Below are positions 38,701-54,241 of a stretch of 64,000 nt of DNA, in pieces. The stretch is from contig OZ024741.1 in assembly GCA_964016885.1 (NCBI GenBank), forward strand, positions 341,372,001 through 341,436,000, written 5' to 3'. The DNA is from Eledone cirrhosa (lineage: Eukaryota). The notes under the pieces are model-generated. The model did not search any database. It saw only the letters and a program-made list of their open reading frames with translations, and had not been told where the DNA came from. Within the stretch, counting starts at the first letter, position 1, and every line of letters starts with the position of its first letter. The position numbers were made by a program, and so were the translations under genes.

Positions 38701-41700
38701 TACACTATATAGTAAGCTATGTACTATATTATATACTACACTATATACTATACTATATACTACACATATACTACACTATATACTACACTATATACTACAC
38801 TATATACTACACTATATACTATACTATATACTACACTATATACTACACTATATACTATACTATATACTATACTATATACTACACTATATACTACACTATA
38901 TACTACACTATATACTACACTATATACTACACTATATACTACACTATATACTAACTATATACTACACTATATACTACACTATATACTATATACTATCCTA
39001 TATACTACACTTTATACTACACTATATACTACACTATATACTACACTATATACGATATACTATATTATATACTACACTACATACTACACTATATACTACA
39101 TTATATACTATACTATATACTACACTATATACTATACTATATACCACACTGTATACTACAGTATATACTACACTGTATACTACACTATATACTACACTAT
39201 ATACTACACTATATACTACACTATGAACTACACTATATACTACACTATATACTATACTATATACTACACTATATACTACACTATATACGATATACTATAT
39301 TATATACTACACTACATACTACACTATATACTACACTATATACTATACTATATACTACACTATATACTACACTATATACTATACTATATACTACACTATA
39401 TACAATGCTATATACTATATCATATACTACCCTATATACTATACTATATACTACACATATACTACACTATATACTACACTATATACTACACTATATACTA
39501 TACTATATACTATACTATATACTACACTATATACTATACTACATACTACACTATATACTATACTATATATTATGCTATATACTATACTATATACTACACT
39601 ATATACTACAGTATATACTATACTATATACTACACTATATACTACACTATATATTATACTATATACTACACTATATACTATACTATATACTACACTATAT
39701 ACTACACTGTATACTACACTATATACTACACTGCATACTACACTGTATACTACATATATACTACACTATATACTACACTATATACTACACTATATACTAT
39801 ACTATATACCACACTGTATACTACAGTATATACTACACTGTATACTACACTATATACTACACTATATACTACACTATATACTACACTATGAACTACACTA
39901 TATACTACACTATATACTATACTATATACTACACTATATACTACACTATATACGATATACTATATTATATACTACACTACATACTACACTATATACTACA
40001 CTATATACTATACTATATACTACACTATATACTACACTATATACTATACTATATACTACACTATATACTATGCTATATACTATATCATATACTACCCTAT
40101 ATACTATACTATATACTACACTATATACTACACTATATACTACACTATATACTATAATATATACTACACTGTATACTACACTATATACAATACTGTATAC
40201 TACACTATATATTACAGTGTATACTATACTATATACTACACTATATACTATACTATATACTACACTATATACTACACTATATACTACACTATATACTGCA
40301 CTATATACTACACTATATACTACACTATATACTACACAATATACTACACTATATACCACACTATATACTACACTATATACTACACTATATACTACACTAT
40401 ATACTACACTATATACTACACTATATACTATACTGTATACTACACTATATACTATACTATATACTACACTATATATTACACTATATACTATACTATATAC
40501 TACACTATATAGTATGCTATATACTATATTATATGCTACACTATATACTATACTATATACTACACATATACTACACTATATACTACACTATATACTACAC
40601 TATATACTACACTATATACTATACTATATACTATACTATATACTACACTATATACTATACTATATACTACACTATATACTACACTATATACTATACTATA
40701 TACTATACTATATACTACACTATATACTACACTATATACTACACTATATACTAACTATATACTACACTATATACTATACTATATAATGCACTATATACTA
40801 TATACTACACTATATACTACACTATATACTATACTATATACTACACTATATACTACAGTATATATTATACTATATACTACACTATATACTATACTATATA
40901 CTACACTATATACTACACTGTATACTACACTGTATACTACACTATATACTACACTGTATACTACACTGTATACTACACTATATACTACACTATATACTAC
41001 ACTATATACTACACTATGAACTACACTATATACTATACTATATACTATACTATATACTACACTATATACTATATACTATCCTATATACTATACTATATAG
41101 TACACTATATACTACACAATATACTATACTATATACTACACTATATACTACACTATATACCACACTATATACTATACTATATACTATACTATATAACACA
41201 CTATATACTACACTATATACTACACTATACAATACACTATATACTACACTATATACTACACTATATACTATACTATATACTACACTATATACTATACTAT
41301 ATACTACACTATATACTATAATATATACTACACTGTATACTACACTGTATACTATACTATATACTACACTATATACTACACTATATACTACACTATGAAC
41401 TACACTATATACTATACTATATACTATACTATATACTACACTATATACTACACTATATACTATATACTATCCTATATACTATACTATATAGTACACTATA
41501 TACTACACAATATACTACACAATATACTATACTATATACTACACTATATACTACACTATATACTACACTATATACTATACTATATACTATACTATATAAC
41601 ACACTATATACTACACTATATACTACACTATATACTACACTATATACTACACTATATACTACACTATATACTACACTGTATACTATACTATATGCTACAC

Positions 41701-44700
41701 TATATACTACACGATATACTATACTACATACTACACTATATACTACACTATATACTATACTATATACTACACTATATACTACACTATATACTACACTATA
41801 TACTACACTATATACTATACAATATACTAACTATATACTACACTATATACTATACTTTATACTACACTATATACTATACTATATACTACATATGCTATAC
41901 TACACTGTATATGCTATACTACACTGTATACTACATTATATACTATACTATATACTACACTATATACCACACTATATACTACACTATCTACTACACTATA
42001 TACTATACTGTATACTACACAATATACTAAAATGTATACTACACTATATACTATACTATATACTACACTATATACTACAGTATATACTATACTATATACT
42101 ACACTATATACTACACTATATATTATACTATATACTACACTATATGCTATACTATATACTACACTATATACTACACTGTATACTACACTGTATACTACAC
42201 TGTATACTACACTATATACTACACTATATACTACACTATATACTACACTATATTCTACACTATATACTACACTATGAACTACACTATATACTATACTATA
42301 CACTATACTATATACTATACTATATACTATACTATATACTACACTGTATACTACACTATATACTACACTATATACTATACTATATACTATACTATATACT
42401 ATACTATATACTATACTATATACTATACTATATAGTACACTATATACTACACAATATACTACACTATATACTACACTATATACTACACTATATACTACAC
42501 TATATACTATATTATATACTACACTATATACTACACTATATACTATACTATATACTATACTATATACTATACTATATACTATACTATATACTACACTGTA
42601 TACTACACTATATACTACACTATATACTATACTATATACTATACTATATACTATACTATATACTATACTATATACTACACTATATACTATACTATATACT
42701 ACACTATATACTATACTATATACTACACTATATACTATACTATATACTACACTATATACTATACTATATACTACACTATATACTATACTATATACTACAC
42801 TGTATACTACACTATATACTACACTATATACTATATTATATGACACACTATATACTACACTATATACTATATACTACACTATATACTACACTATATACTA
42901 CACTATATAATACACTATATACTACACTATATACTACACTATATACTATACTATATACTACACTATATACTATACTATATACTACACTATATACTATACT
43001 ATATACTACACTGTATACTACACTATATACTACACTGTATACTATACTATATACTACACTATATACTATACTATATACTACACTATATACTACACTATAT
43101 ACCACACTATATACTACACTATATACTACACTATATACTACACTATATACTACACTATATACTATACTATATACTACACTATATACTATACTATATACTA
43201 CACTATATACTACACTATATACTATACTATATACTACACTGTATACTACACTATATACTATACTATATACTACACTATATATTATACTATATACTATGCT
43301 ATATACTATATCATATACTACCCTATATACTATACTATATACTACACTATATACTACACTATATACTACACTATATACTATACTACATACTATACTATAT
43401 ACTACACTATATACTATACTACATACTACACTATATACTATATTATATATTATGCTAAATACTATACTATATACTACACTATATACTACAGTATATACTA
43501 TACTATATACTACACTATATACTACACTATGAACTACACTATATACTATACTATATACTATACTATATACTACACTATATACTACACTATATACTATATA
43601 CTATACTATATACTACACTATATACTACACTATATACTATACTATATACTATACTATATAACACACTATATACTACACTATATACTATATACTACACTAT
43701 ATACTACACTATATAATACACTATATAATACACTATATACTACACTATATACTACACTATATACTATACTATATACTACACTATATACTATACTATATAC
43801 TACACTATATACTATAATATATACTACACTGTATACTACACTATATACAATACTGTATACTACACTATATACTACACTGTATACTATACTATATACTACA
43901 CTGTATACTATACTATATACTACACTATATACTATACTATATACTACACTATATACTACACTATATACCACACTATATACTACACTATATACTATACTAT
44001 ATACTACACTATATACTACACTATATACTATACTGTATACTACACTATATACTACACTATATACTACACTATATACTATACTGTATACTACACTATATAC
44101 TATACTATATACTACACTATATAGTAAGCTATATACTATATTATATACTACACTATATACTATACTATATACTACACATATACTACACTATATACTACAC
44201 TATATACTACACTATATACTACACTATATACTATACTATATACTATACTATATAACACACTATATACTACACTATATACTACACTATATAATACACTATA
44301 TAATACACTATATACTACACTATATACTACACTATATACTATACTATATACTACACTATATACTATACTATATACTACACTATATACTATAATATATACT
44401 ACACTGTATACTACACTATATACAATACTGTATACCACACTATATATTACACTATATACTACACTATATACTACACTATATACTACACTATATACTATAC
44501 TGTATACTACACTATATACTATACTATATACTACACTATATACTACACTATATACTATACTATATACTACACTATATAGTAAGCTATGTACTATACTGTA
44601 TACTACACTATATACTATACTATATACTACACATATACTACACTATATACTACACTATATACTACACTATATACTACACTATATACTATACTATATACTA

Positions 44701-47183
44701 TACTATATACTACACTATATACTATACTATATACTACACTATATACTACACTATATACTATACTATATACTATACTATATACTACACTATATACTACACT
44801 ATATACTATACTATATACTACACTATATACTACACTATATACTATACTATATACTGCACTATATACTATACTATATACTACACTATATACTACACTATAT
44901 ACTATACTATATACTACACTATATACTATATTATATACTACATATGCTATACTACACTGTATATGCTATACTACACTGTATACTACACTATATACTACAC
45001 TATATACTACACTATAAACTACACTATATACTAACTATATACTACACTATATACTATACTATATACTGCACTATATACTATACTATATACTACACTATAT
45101 ACTATACTATATACTACACTATATACTACACTATATACCACACTATATACTACACTATATACTACACTATATACTACACTATATACTACACTAAATACTA
45201 CACTATATACTATACTATATACTACACTATATACTATACTATATACTACACTGTATTCTACACTATATACTATACTATATACTACACTATATACTACACT
45301 ATATACTATACTATATACTATGCTATATACTATATCATATACTACCCTATATACTATACTATATACTACACATATACTACACTATATACTACACTATATA
45401 CTACACTATATACTATACTACATAATATACTCTATACTACACTATATACTATACTACATACTACACTATATACTATACTATATATTATGCTATATACTAT
45501 ACTATATACTACACTATATACTACAGTATATACTATACTATATACTACACTATATACTACACTGTATACTACACTGTATACTACACTATATACTACACTA
45601 TATACTACACTATATACTACAATATGAACTACACTATATACTATACTATATACTACACTATATACTACACTATATACTATATACTATACTATATACTATA
45701 CTATATAGTACACTATATACTACACAATATATTACACAATATACTATACTATATACTACACTATATACTACACTATATACTACACTATATACTATACTAT
45801 ATACTATACTATATAACACACTATATACTACACTATATACTATATACTACACTATATACTACACTATATACTACACTATATAATACACTATATACTACAC
45901 TATATACTACACTATATACTATACTATATACTACACTATATACTATACTATATACTACACTATATACTACACTATATACCACACTATCTACTACACTATA
46001 TACTATACTGTATACTACACAATATACTATAATGTATACTACACTATATACTATACTATATACTATACTATACTATATACTATACTATATATTATGCTAT
46101 ATACTATACTATATACTACACTATATACTACAGTATATACTATACTATATACTACACTATATACTACACTATATATTATACTATATACTACACTATATAC
46201 TATACTATATACTACACTATATACTACACTGTATACTACACTATATACTACACTGTATACTACACTGTATACTACACTATATACTACACTATATACTACA
46301 CTATATTCTACACTATATACTATACTGTATACTACACAATATACTATAATGTATACTACACTATATACTATACTATATACTATACTATACTATATACTAT
46401 ACTATATACTATGCTATATACTATACTATATACTACACTATAAACTACAGTATATACTATACTATATACTACACTATATACTACACTATATACTACACTA
46501 TATACTACACTATATACTACACTATATACTATACTATATACTACACTATATACTACACTGTATACTACACTATATACTACACTGTATACTACACTGTATA
46601 CTCCACTATATACTACACTATATACTACACTATATACTACACTATATACTACACTACGAACTACACTATATACTATACTATATACTACACTATATACTAC
46701 ATACTATACTATATACTATACTATATAGTACACTATATACTACACAATATACTACACAATATACTATACTATATACTACACTATATACTACACTATATAC
46801 TACACTATATACTATACTATATACTATACTATATACTATACTATATACTATATACTATACTATATACTACACTATATAATATACTATATACTATACTATA
46901 TACTATACTATATACTATACTATATACCATACTATATACTACACTATATACTATACTATATACTACACTATATACTATACTATATACTATACTATACTAT
47001 ATACTACACTATATACTATGCTATATACTACACTATATACTATACTATATACTACACTATATACTACACTATATACTATAGGCTATACTATATACTATAC
47101 TATATACTATACTATATACTATACTATATACTATACTATATACTACACTATATACTACACTATATGCTATACTATATACTATA
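32711..47183. repeat. ~14.5-kb tandem satellite, 12-bp unit ACTAC/ACTAT + ACTATAT
   Basis: Direct reading. Recurring variant units define higher-order blocks. Confidence 0.99.
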
Positions 47184-48314
47184 TTGTAAATGTAACTTTA
47201 TTTCATAAATACATTACAAATCGTTTGCAATTCCTTCAGAATGAAAATATAAACAGAGCAGATAAATAAATTTACAGTAGAATAACATAACAAATATCCT
47301 TTAAATATATACATAAATAACATTACAAATGGTTAGATAACATTATAAATAGCTCGCGATTCATTCAGAAAGATATATTTTTTTAATGTTAAAATATTAA
47401 AGAAAATGTAAAGCATGGGGTGAACAATGGAGCCAACACCAGAGCAAAAGACAGCAACGTCCCGAGGAGTACTGGGCCACCTCTCTAATGATTTTTGAGG
47501 CAAGCCAGCACACTAGGAAAGTTGCCTCGTGTAATGGCAAGGCTGATGCACTGAAACAGCCAAGCGCCCTCGCGAGATTCGCCATTTACCTCTATTCGGC
47601 GAGGCCCCAGTGAAGAGAAGAACCTCGCAGTCAGCGGACCGACTCCCCCAAACATCTCGAAAGCCACAGGCTGAAAAATGTAGCTGGCCGACAGATCAGA
47701 GTATTTGAGGGTCCTACTCCACTCGGCTGCAGAAGCTGTGGCTCTCGTCCTAACCGCAGAATCCAGGATGTGGGAAAGATCAAAAGAGTCACTAACAGTG
47801 ATGTCCCAGACAAGGCACCTGCCTCTCGACCAGGGGCACAGGGTAAGACTGTCAGGCCATTTGCCGTCGCTTCTGGACAACCCAGATGGTTCCAAGACCT
47901 AGGGGATATTCGCCCGGGCCAAAGCTCTCTTCAGAATGAGGTTTAGCTCCGTGTGAGGCGAGAAGCGTCCGGCATTCAGGCGGCAAGAAAGACCGTGGAG
48001 GCCTGCGGAGTCAAGGAGTTTGCCGCATTGGCACCTCAAACCCATGCAAACATCAGCTCCCACTCTGAGGGCGATGGAGACACGAAGTTTGTCCAGGCTG
48101 AGTAAGCCACCAACGTTGGCCACGGGTAGGGCACCGACCCAGTCGCCTGAGTATTTGGCGCTGGCAGATAGGAAGCGGCACCTTGCAAACTGATCTGACT
48201 GGACGAAGAGGGAGTCGAAGGTGGCCTTCGAACTTATGCCGTCCCAAGTTCTCTGACTTCGACTGTCCTCCACCTTCTCAGGAAGAGACAAGCCCAACTC
48301 ACTCCATTGCTGGA
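47184..48314 (-). mobile_element. 5'-truncated CRE-like non-LTR retrotransposon (zinc knuckle plus restriction-like endonuclease)
   Basis: CQCGKLLDSAGLHGLSC..HTELN..ANIP*VLEPSGLSRSDGKWPD..LVWDIT..KYSDL..PVAFE..AITRGN, in one frame with one stop at 47899-47901. AATAAA at 47197-47202 (minus). Confidence 0.85.
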
Positions 48315-48797
48315 CTGTATATTACACTATATACTATACTATATACTACAGTATATACTACACTATATACTACACTGTATACTATATACTATACTATATA
48401 CTATACACTACACTATATACTACACTATATACTACACTGTATACTATATACTACACTATATACTACATTATATACTACACTATATACTACACTATAAACT
48501 ACACTATATACTATACTATATACTACACTATATACTACACTATATACTACACTATATACTGCACTATATACTACACTATATACTACACTATATACTGCAT
48601 TATATACTACATTACATACTACACTATATACTACACTATATACTACACTATATAGTGCACTATATACTATACTATATACTATACTATATAGTATACTATA
48701 TACTACATTATATACTATATACTATACTATATACTACACTATATACTATACTATATACTATAATATATACTACACTATATACTACACTATATACTAT
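48315..48797. repeat. Continuation of the 12-bp satellite
   Basis: Same unit. Degenerate traces continue at 49125-49147, 49248-49267 and 52462-52665. Confidence 0.95.
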
Positions 48798-49124
48798 CAG
48801 GGGTTCTCAACCTGGTCCATGTGGACCACTAGTGATCCACAGGAAAATTCAGGTGGTCCACAGCAAATTTCCAATACCAAATTCTTTTTTGATCCATGCA
48901 TTTGACTTAAAGCGGAGTTCTTATTCTTCGCATAAGTACGACTTCAGCTGTTTATTTGCGTAGATTTTTAGGCACTGCGACATGATAATGGCATTTTCTA
49001 ATTCATTGAAAAAAAAAAACATCTACTGATGCTTATAAGTAGCAGTTCTATTACAAAAGATTTAAAAGTTTAGGTGGTCCACAGGAAAAAATTACTTATT
49101 TTGGTGGTCCACAGCGAAAAAAGG
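48798..49124. mobile_element. hAT-type MITE, right end truncated
   Basis: Begins CAGGGGTTCTCAACC. Repeated GGTGGTCCAC subterminal motifs. Ends at AAAAGGT where the TIR would start. Confidence 0.7.
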
Positions 49125-50235
49125 TATTACTATATACTATACTATACCAACCTTGCCTCAAGTGGGACACATCCCGTCTAACCCATGCTAGCGTGGAAGA
49201 TGGACGTTAAACGATGATGATGATGATGATAATGATGATGATGATGATACTATACTATATAATATAATCTACTTATATATATAACCAGCAATTTCTCTGT
49301 CTGTCTGTCCGACAGTGGAAACACTTTTGCACATGCGTAGAGAGAGAGTGAGAGTGAAAGAAAGAGACAGACTACGAGAGGGGGATAGCGGGAGGGAGGG
49401 AGAGAGAGTGAATAGACGCTAAAACACGTGCTACAGAAATATTACCTTCCCCTTCCTTTCTCCACTTTGGTACTACCAAGAGAAACACTGTCGCTATAGA
49501 AACATTACCTTCCCCTCTCCACTGACTTTGGTGACTGAGGCCGAGGGAATCGCTGGTTGCTATAGAGACACCTTGCACAAGCCAGAAGTAACCAGTTCGA
49601 GGCGGTTCTGACCTGACACCATGCCAAGTCTACTTATAATATATAATGGGCATTTCTCTGTTTGTTTGTCTGTCTGTCCGTCTGTAAAAAATGCCAAGGA
49701 AACAAATAGACGCGGTTTCAAATCTCTATGCTTTTCAAATTCATTACATTAATCTTTATTTATACGTTTCGCTTTACGAGTGTTTCGACTTACGAGTGTT
49801 TCGGCTTATCATTATATATAAACGTTTCTATTTCCATCTACTTATATATATAACCAGCAATTTCTCTATCTGTCTGTCCGACAGTGGAAACACGTGTGCG
49901 CGTGCGAATGTTTTTTGCGCACGCGTAGACAGAGAGTGAGAGTGAAAGAATGAGACAGACTACGAGAGGGGGATAGCGGGAGGGAGAGAGGGAGAGAGAG
50001 AGTGAATAGACGCTAAAACACGTGCGCGCGTGCGAATGTTTTTTTGCGCACGCGTAGACAGAGAGTGAGAGTGAAAGAAAGAGACAGACTACAAGAGGGG
50101 GATAGCGGGAGAGAGAGAGAGGGGGGGAATTGAGGAGTGCTACAGAAACATATATACATTTCTGTGTGTGTGTAATATATATACACACACAGAAATATAT
50201 ATATACACACAAATATATATACATTTCTGTGTGTG

Positions 50236-50302
<67 letters not shown>

Positions 50303-50482
50303 GAAATATATATACATTTCTGTGTGTGTTATATATATATATATATATATATGCAAAAGTTTTATTTAAAATTGTTGGGTTACAACAAGTAAATATTTTA
50401 TAACTGATATAAAGCACTCAACAAGTTTTGGAGTAGATATACGATATTAAACAAATGGAAACTATATTTATAAAACCATATT

Positions 50483-50548
50483 TATTTCATTATACATATT
50501 TCGGGGATACCATATTAAAAATATGGCATGCCTTCTTCAGATAAAATA
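50483..50548 (-). ncRNA. Minimal type I hammerhead ribozyme (inverted twin of 50689-50754)
   Basis: Reverse complement of the + copy. Confidence 0.78.
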
Positions 50549-50688
50549 CAATATATAAACAGTTTTATAAATAATTTTGACGTACCATAAATATTGATCA
50601 ACTTTTATGTAAGAAACCAACTTCTTACATAAAAGTTGATCATTATTTATGGTACGTCAAAATTATTTATAAAACTGTTTATATATTG

Positions 50689-50754
50689 TATTTTATCTGA
50701 AGAAGGCATGCCATATTTTTAATATGGTATCCCCGAAATATGTATAATGAAATA
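50689..50754 (+). ncRNA. Minimal type I hammerhead ribozyme
   Basis: Stem I TATTTTAT/ATGAAATA; core CTGAAGA (50697-50703); stem II ATGCCATATT/AATATGGTAT; GAAA-T-ATGT-ATA with predicted cleavage after 50746. Confidence 0.78.
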
Positions 50755-50795
50755 AATATGGTTTTATAAATATAGTTTCCATTTGTTTAATATCG

Positions 50796-50827
<32 letters not shown>

Positions 50828-52679
50828 GAAATATATGGGCATTTCTCTGTTTGTCTCTCTGTCTGTCTGTCTGTCTGTCTGTCCTTCCCTAAAACTCAAA
50901 TGTAGGTGCTACAGAAATATTACCTTCCCCTTCCTTTCTCCACTTTGGTTCTACCAAGAGAAACACTGCCGCTATAGAAACATTATCGTCCCCTCTCCAC
51001 TGATTTTGGTCACTGAGGCCGAGGGAATCGCTGGTTGCTATAGAGACACCTTGCACAAGCCAGAAGTAACCAGTTCGAGGCGGTTCTGACTTGACACCAT
51101 GCCAAGTCTACTTATAATATATAATGGGCATTTCTCTGTTTGTTTGTCTGTCTGTCCGTCTGTAAAAAATGCCAAGGAAACAAATAGACGCGGTTTCAAA
51201 TCTCTATGCTTTTCAAATTCATTACATTAATCTTTATTTATACGTTTCGCTTTACTAGTGTTTCGACTTACGAGTATTTCGGCTTACGAGTGTTTCGGCT
51301 TATCATTATATATAAACGTTTCTATTTCCATCGTTTTATCGTAAACGTTTATATATTTCCATCGTTATATCATAACGTTTATGTATCATAACGTTTATGT
51401 ATCATAACGTTTATGTATCATAACGTTTATATTTCCGTCACTAATCTCTTTTTCTCCTTTTTCGTTTTAACATATATTTATTTCAAAGATTTCACCGTAT
51501 AGATAACATATATATTTATACATGCATAAAAGACACACCGAGAGACGGTGAACATGTGGTGCCGAAAACATTTCTCATCCAAATCTCAACAATATCAGTA
51601 TTTACACTAGATTTGCTAGCAGAAAACCGCTCACCAGGTGGTTTTCTGCTAGTCTATATATCTAAAAGAGAGAGTGTCTGTCTGTCTGACTCCCTAAAAC
51701 TCGAGAACCACCCAACCAATTGTTTTCAAACTTTACACATGTAATACTTATGGTCGTGTGAGTGTTTCGAGCCCTAGTGAGCCCTAGGGACCTCATTTGA
51801 CGATTTAGCGATCTCTCTCTATAATTCTTAGTCTTTCTTTTTAGATAGATACATAGATATAACGTTGTGCCCTTATAATATATGTCTGTATGTCTGGCTG
51901 TCTGCATTACGACATTATGACGCTATATGTGTGTGTATATATATGTATATATAGTGTGTGTGTATATATATATATATATCTAGTGTGTAACGTTTTTCGA
52001 AATATTTTCTTCTGCATTCACAGATTGATTTTTTTAGTTTCAGAAGATCCCATTCTTTGCTTAAACTTTAATCTGTTATTTTAATATATATATATATATA
52101 TATAATTATATATTCGTGTACAGATATTTTTGCATACACAATAACAAAATATAAACAAAAGTATTTATTTCGCGATAAAGTATTGATTTTCTTTGCACGG
52201 AATAAAACCCTGGTAATCTACAATGATATTTTTTTATAAGCACAAAATGTATACACTATCCCGAGGCCGAGGTATTCCGTACTTCTCTGTACTGTGATAT
52301 ATATATATATAATTATATATTCATGTACATATATTTTTGCATAGACAATAACAAAATATAAACAAACGTATTTATTTCACGAAGCTCGATAAGGATAAAT
52401 ATATATCAAATATATAAGAATTCTAGAGCAAATCTCGAGCAACGCCGGGCCATTCTGCTAGTATATATTATAATATATAATATGCTATATACTATAATAT
52501 ATACTATGCTATATACTATAATATATATTATATTACAGACTGTACTATACACTAAACTGTATATTAAACTATATACTATGTAATATACTATATAATATAC
52601 TATATTATATACATTGCTATATACTATATATTATATTATATACTGTACTATAAACTAAACAGTATATTAATAATAATGA

Positions 52680-53365
52680 AATTATTGTGCACAGTGCTCA
52701 GGTGCACTACAACTCATCAAAGGTGCATGTATAGTACATAGAATAATTTACAAATGTCAGGAAAGTGAAGAGTGTATGAGTCATGATATACATGTGTGCG
52801 TGTGTATGGAGGGGGGTATATCAGGTATAGTGTTGGCGAATCTCAGGAAGCATGGAGGTTTTAAAGGATGCAATGCCTTGGCAGCTAACAACTGACACAG
52901 GTATTTTGTTCCATGCTTCAGCAACTCTGACCATGAAAAATTGTTTTTTTGAATTTGTAGGCATGCCCACGTTGTTTTTTTGAATTTGTAGGCATGCCCA
53001 CGTGTGTTAGACACATGGAATTCAAAAAGGTGCCCAAGGTTGTTGTTGGCAGATGGTTAACAATTTTGTGGGTGTTTATCAATTCAGTTGCCAGACGTCG
53101 AAGCTTCAATGTATCCATGCCCAGGGAAGCAAGGCATTCAGAGTATGGTAGATGCCTGATGGGAGGTATTCGCTTGGTTGCATGTCTCTGAACAGTTTCC
53201 AGGAGGTCAATGTTCTGAGAAAGATAGGGGTTCCAGACTGGTGATGCAAATTCTAAGTGTGGCCACACTATAACCATATACAGCTTTAAATAGATAGCTG
53301 GAGAGCAACTGACAAAGGTCTTGATGAGTGATGCCAAGACACTCTCGGCCTTCTTGACAATTTTA
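52680..53365 (-). mobile_element. CR1-group LINE 3' fragment
   Basis: LY..IVWPHLEFASPVWNPYL..IDLLETVQRHATKRIP..LPYSECLASLGMDTLKLRRL. Confidence 0.85.
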
Positions 53366-53527
53366 ATTTTAGAGATATTATACTATATACTATGCAATAT
53401 ATTAACTTTGAGCAATTTGAGCAAAATAGAAGTGGGGCACGGCACAAATAGACTGAAAAACACTGATTTAGGCCTAGATTGGAAATTATTATTATTGATA
53501 TTGTTGATGTTATTTTTATCAATATCA

Positions 53528-54241
53528 CATGGAAGTCAAACCTGGGTGCTGTCTGTAGAAGACTTGCGCAGATTAGAAAGAAACAAAGCTTGCATGCTCC
53601 GATGGATGTGTAATAGTAATATACATGAACGGCAAAGTATAAACGAATTGAGAGAGAGACTGAGAATCAGAGGAATCAAATGCTGTGTGCAGGAGAGGAG
53701 GTTATGTTGGTATGGACATGTGATGCATATGAAGGATGACAGCTGCATAAAAAGGTGCAGAGCACTAGAAGTCGATGGAAGCTGCGGAGTGGGGAGACCC
53801 AAGAAGACCTGGGATGAGGTGATAAAGGCCGACCTTATCCAATTGCACCTCTCAAGAGCAATGACACACAAGCGTAGCCTCTGGCATCACGCATTAATAC
53901 AGAAGAGCCCCTCCCCCCACGGGAACAAGCTGAAGCTGAAGCATATAGACAATATGCCCCCACACCCTCCCACTGCAAAGTGGTCGTGGAGGTGCCACGG
54001 CAAAAAAGCCCCCAGCCCACACTGTAAAGTGGACGTGTAAGCGCCATGAAAAAAAGCACCCAGCACTCACTGTAAATGAGGTTGGTGTTAGGAAGGGCAT
54101 CCAGCTGTAGAAATCAAGCCAGAATTAGTTCCTGTATGAGCAAGACAAGGTCAGCCAACTAGACACTGCTCACAACAGGACAACCCGTCTAACCCATGCT
54201 AGCATGGAAGAACGGATGTAAAACGGTGATGATGATGATGA
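53528..54241 (+). mobile_element. RTE 3' fragment (family of 28797-31117)
   Basis: HGSQTW..RRLCWYGHVM..GRPKKTW; 3' UTR with two pseudoknot units; GAT tail. Confidence 0.93.

Larger units (their letters stand above)
50437..50800. repeat. 364-bp near-perfect palindrome carrying two divergent hammerheads
   Basis: Arms symmetric about 50616-50621. Unique tail at 50350-50436. (TA)n on both sides. Confidence 0.95.
49268..52461 (+). mobile_element. Tandem array of non-autonomous Helitron-like elements
   Basis: 5' TCTA(C/T).. starts at 49268, 49629, 49837, 51107 and 51653, each followed by (CTGT)n. 3' hairpin+CTAG ends at 51652 and 52461 (GCAACGCCGGGC..CTAG|T). 49430-49836 is duplicated at 50905-51332. 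Confidence 0.75.

Noticed and set aside
32682-47269. Very long ORFs of (YTTL)n, (ILHY)n, (YYTI)n and (YSVV)n, up to 815 aa
   Set aside because: The 12-bp unit has no stop codon in any + frame. Frames switch freely at indels, and there is no unique N-terminus or splice signal.
32711-48797. Telomeric or subtelomeric repeat
   Set aside because: The unit is unrelated to TTAGGG and the array is flanked by ordinary interspersed repeats on both sides.
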